From assembly GCA_035221665.1 (NCBI GenBank), contig CM069136.1, positions 40,982,001 to 41,046,000 on the forward strand: 64,000 nt of DNA, read 5' to 3'. This stretch comes from Okamejei kenojei. Taxonomy: Eukaryota. Positions 60,746 through 64,000 of this stretch are shown here, piece by piece. Both the position numbers and the translations under genes were made by a program. Position 1 is the first letter of the stretch. Every line of letters begins with the position of its first letter. The notes beneath the pieces are model-generated. The model saw nothing but the letters and a program-made list of their open reading frames with translations. It had not been told where the DNA came from and made no database searches.

Positions 60746-63014
60746 CTCAGTTTGTGAGTGTTGACGAAGAGGCGGGAACGGGCTGGCCCCGACCCGACCT
60801 GACGCGCTCGCGGTCACTCACACGGGCTGACAGACCCGGCGGGCGGCGGCGGCAGCGGCGCTGAGGTGAGGTGACCGGTGAGTGTTGCCCGTCTGGGCCG
60901 GACCGGACCATCTCTCCCTGCCCCCTCATCGCCTCTTCCCTGCCCCTGAAGTGATAATGAACGTATTTGGCTTACTACCCCACGGGATGATCGTTGATTT
61001 CCCCCTCTCCACCCTCCTCCCCGGTGCCCACCTGACTCGCACCTACTTCTCCCCTGCGCTTCTGAGTCTAGACGCTCCAGCCGTTCCATCCCAATTCCGA
61101 TTTTTTTGTCTCAATATTCCGAGAAAAAAAATCGGAAAAAAAACACATAGAAAGTTTCTGTGTGTTTTTTTTTTCCGATTTTTTTTCTCGGAATATTGAG
61201 ACAAAAAATCGGAATTCGGAATTGGGATGGAAAAATCGGAAGAATTCCGCCCAAATCGGAATGGTTGGCAGGTATGAGTATGGTGCCTGTTAAAAAATGG
61301 GAATCTGACTCTCCAGTGCCTTGTTTAGGTCTGGATGAGGTCTCCCTAGAGCAAGACTTGGGAGGAGACTGACCCTGAAACTGGTGTCCCTACTTATGTG
61401 TATACACCAGAGCACAAGAGCCATGCTCCGGGTGTTCTCGATGTAGCATCAAGTTTTGAGGCTATGGATGAGACCTGGCTGCCAACATTATTTGGTTTCA
61501 CACCTGCTCCAAGAAACTGTTATGATTGAAACAGTAAAAGATATATAAAACACCCGTCTATTGTGCCTCGCTCAGGGTGCCAACAGTAAACTCAGTAATT
61601 TGGGCACCCATGAGTGTAACGATGCGAGGGCAGGAAATGTGTTTCCAGCATGTCCTTTAGCTGATATCAGTTGGCATCACTGCATTTGGGGAAGACATAC
61701 AAGGATCGATAATATCCAAAACGTATAAAGACATGCTTGCGTTACTCTGCAATGCCTATTCGAACCTAATTGTATGATGATAAATTGCCATTTGGCCAAC
61801 ATTCTACCCAAAAAAAAAATGCAGGACTATGTAGGGCAAACAAGAACCAAATTATTGTTAAAAATCTGCCAAAACATTTCAGGATATTTGCCTTATAAAA
61901 CTGCTCATCCCTGCTCTGAGAAAACAAGCAGGTTGAATACGAAGGGGGTTGATTCTGGGAGACCAGCAGAGGCAGGGAGATGGGTACAAAGTATTATACA
62001 CAATACAACCCACATCAACCCTTATATTGGGAGAAGGAGATCTTCTAGTTAATTTACGGAGGTACTCGAACTTCATTCCATCACAGATAGAACTTCTGGG
62101 GTACAACCTCTGGTTGGGTGTAAGATTACAATTGTTTTATAATGAATGATGCTGCATAATATTTGATTGCTTTGGTGTTTGCTGCACCAGAAACTCGTCA
62201 GGTAGAAAATATATTCCCAGACAGAAGAAGATGGGGGTTGCAGAGTCATTCTGGACCTCACAAACTTTAATTCATATGTTCAGTATAGGCATTTTTAAAC
62301 AAGTACACTTTCAACTCTGTAACGCAGTTGTTATCACAAGGCTGCCATATGGCTACTATAGACCTAAAAAAGATACCTTATTATTCAGTACCAATTCATC
62401 ATTATCGCAGGTACTTTAAATTAATTGGATGGGTCAGCTGAGGCAATTAAAGAATTACCTAATGGGTTAACTTCAGCTCTCAGGCTGTTCACAAAATTAT
62501 TGAAACCAGCACTGGTGTTACTGAGGGCTCAGAATCACATTGTAATGGCATATCTAGAGGATATGTTAATTGTAAATGCCACTCAGGAGACAGCTGAAGA
62601 ACTGGTTTCAGCAACCATAAGCCTATTTGAAAGGCTAGGGTTTCTGTCCATCCAACAACATCTAAGTTACAGCCATCCCAAACATTTGATTATTTGGGGT
62701 TTGTCATTAATTCAGTTGATATGTCAGTAACTTGCTAACAGATAAGGTTGGATATATTACAAATGCCTGTACTTGTCTCGCTGAGAGACCTTATCCCTCC
62801 ATCCGAGAAGTAGCTACAGGTATTGGTAAAATGGTAGCAGCATTTCTGCTGTCGAGTTTGGACCTCTGCATTATCGAAGTCTGCAAAGAGCCAGAAGACA
62901 AGCACTAAAAATAAAAATATTTAAATTTTAAAAAATAATAATAATAATTTTTTTTGTTTTAAAGCGTGCATGTCATTTGATAGGTCCCATGCAGTTTTTT
63001 GTTTTTTTTTAAAT

Positions 63015-63175
63015 AATCACAGGAGCATAGAGGAAGCCTCGTGGCTTTCCTACGTGGAAACCACTTTCCACCATTAGGGAGAGTGGCCAAAACCTCCGGG
63101 AACCTCTCGGAAACCTTGGGTGGGGCGCAAGGTCTCCAGGGTTTCCGTTCAGGTTTCCTAAGTGGGACAGGGGCA
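63015..63175. mobile_element. Right end only of a Harbinger-like TIR element
   Basis: taagtgggacaggggca followed by TTA; ggaaacc/ggtttcc subterminal motifs; no left TIR found. Confidence 0.7.
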
Positions 63176-63176
63176 T

Positions 63177-63920
63177 TAAGAAGGCAGGAGAATAGGGTAA
63201 GGCGGGAGAGATAGATCAGCCATGATTGGATGGCAGAGTAGACGTGATGGGCCGAATGACCTAAATCTGCTCCTATCACATGAGCAAATGTACATAACAT
63301 GAGAATATCTTGTGCGTGTTCACTTAATCCGCATGTCATGTCCCAAGGACGAATAATTGGATAATCACTGATTGGCAACTGGATGGCGAGATTAATACCA
63401 GATGGTGATGCTGGAACACAATTTTATTTATTTTTTCAAAAATCTAATTCACCAACAGATAAAACTGCAATAATTGTCAAATGGCTCTCCTAATCATTGT
63501 GGAGCTATCCGCAGTCTTTAACAAGGTTGAAAGCACCATTATTCTCTCCACCTTCATCCTGTTCCACAAGACCTCCTTTAGCAGGGTTCATCTCTCCTGT
63601 CGTAGCCAAGAATCAAAGGCAACAGCACCTCTAGCACTGTTGACTAGTTTTCTAAAGCCTGCATCATCATCTGAAAGCTTCATCTCCTTCAACCCAATTA
63701 GCCCCTAAAAACTATCTATTGCATCAAACTTAATTGTACCACCACTGGCAGCCATGACCTAAAATGAATGTGCTTTAACCCTTAAAATTATTCCCCCAAA
63801 TCTTTCACCCCGTCCTTCCTCTTTAGAAACACTGGTTAATTACCTGCAAAGTTAAATGCCAAATATCTGTGGTTCAGTTAAATTGTATTTGACATCGACC
63901 ACAGAAATAACACTGAGGCA
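63177..63920. mobile_element. CR1 fragments (3' end on plus, older ORF2 remnant on minus)
   Basis: gatcagccatgattggatgg...gggccgaatg 3' UTR at 63177-63280; cactgattggcaactgg...ccagatggtgat RT-region remnant beyond. Confidence 0.65.
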
Positions 63921-64000
63921 CTCTGTTACATTAAAAGGCATAATGTAAATGTATGTCTAATGCTGTTGTTGCTAGAAATCGGATCACTGCGATTCGGGAG

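Larger units (their letters stand above)
60344..61276. mobile_element. 933-bp non-autonomous DNA transposon, 13-bp perfect TIR, 6-bp TSD
   Basis: catacctgccaac / gttggcaggtatg; agtatg at 60338-60343 and 61277-61282; aaaatcggaa subterminal motifs at both ends. Confidence 0.9.
60097..61357 (+). repeat. ~160-bp tandem duplication inside DIRS-2; second copy interrupted by the 60344-61276 element
   Basis: aaaatgct...ggtccaaagaccca...catacactg(t/a)gtatggtgcctg...ctagagcaagact occurs twice. Confidence 0.9.
59485..62993 (+). mobile_element. Second, more degraded and 3'-truncated DIRS element
   Basis: Left end attttacttcggagtcacgtgagtga matches the first element's ICR; gag remnants; RT remnants LPNGLTSALRLFTKLLKP...MAYLED (62425-62730). 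Confidence 0.88.
8971..64000 (-). other. ARHGAP42: Intron 1 of ARHGAP42 (partial, >55 kb); exon 1 not seen in window
   Basis: Lies upstream (minus strand) of the exon 2 acceptor; no MGLPxLEFSD-like exon 1 was recognised. Confidence 0.75.

Noticed and set aside
60336-61282. 8-bp TSD (tgagtatg) reading of the 933-bp element
   Set aside because: Possible on paper, but it would remove two bases from the right end of an otherwise perfect 13-bp TIR; 6 bp is preferred.

Overview
Vertebrate genomic DNA, almost certainly from a cartilaginous fish (skate/ray/shark-type HE1 V-SINEs, CR1/HER1 LINEs and Penelope palindromes). The only confidently identified host coding sequence is a 96-nt minus-strand exon (8875-8970) matching exon 2 of the GRAF-family RhoGAP ARHGAP42. 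So 8971-64000 is part of a >55-kb intron 1 and 1-8874 is intron 2. The introns are packed with mobile elements: CR1, Rex1/Babar, RTEX-like, L1-like, Vingi and RTE-type non-LTR fragments, Penelope remnants, one structurally complete and one truncated DIRS retrotransposon, a Tc1 end, a Gypsy scrap and several non-autonomous TIR elements. The most interesting signals are: (i) dispersed Penelope-derived fold-back elements carrying minimal hammerhead ribozyme cores; (ii) a TIR family whose T-N-A flanks usually disagree at the middle base, with an in-window empty-site control; (iii) a 933-bp TIR element carrying a 5x CRE + GC-box array; (iv) a candidate alternative ARHGAP42 start exon in intron 2; (v) a covarying RNA helix at the 5' end of RTE-type elements. 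All family assignments come from motif recognition by eye, not database searches, and the boundaries of old repeats are approximate.
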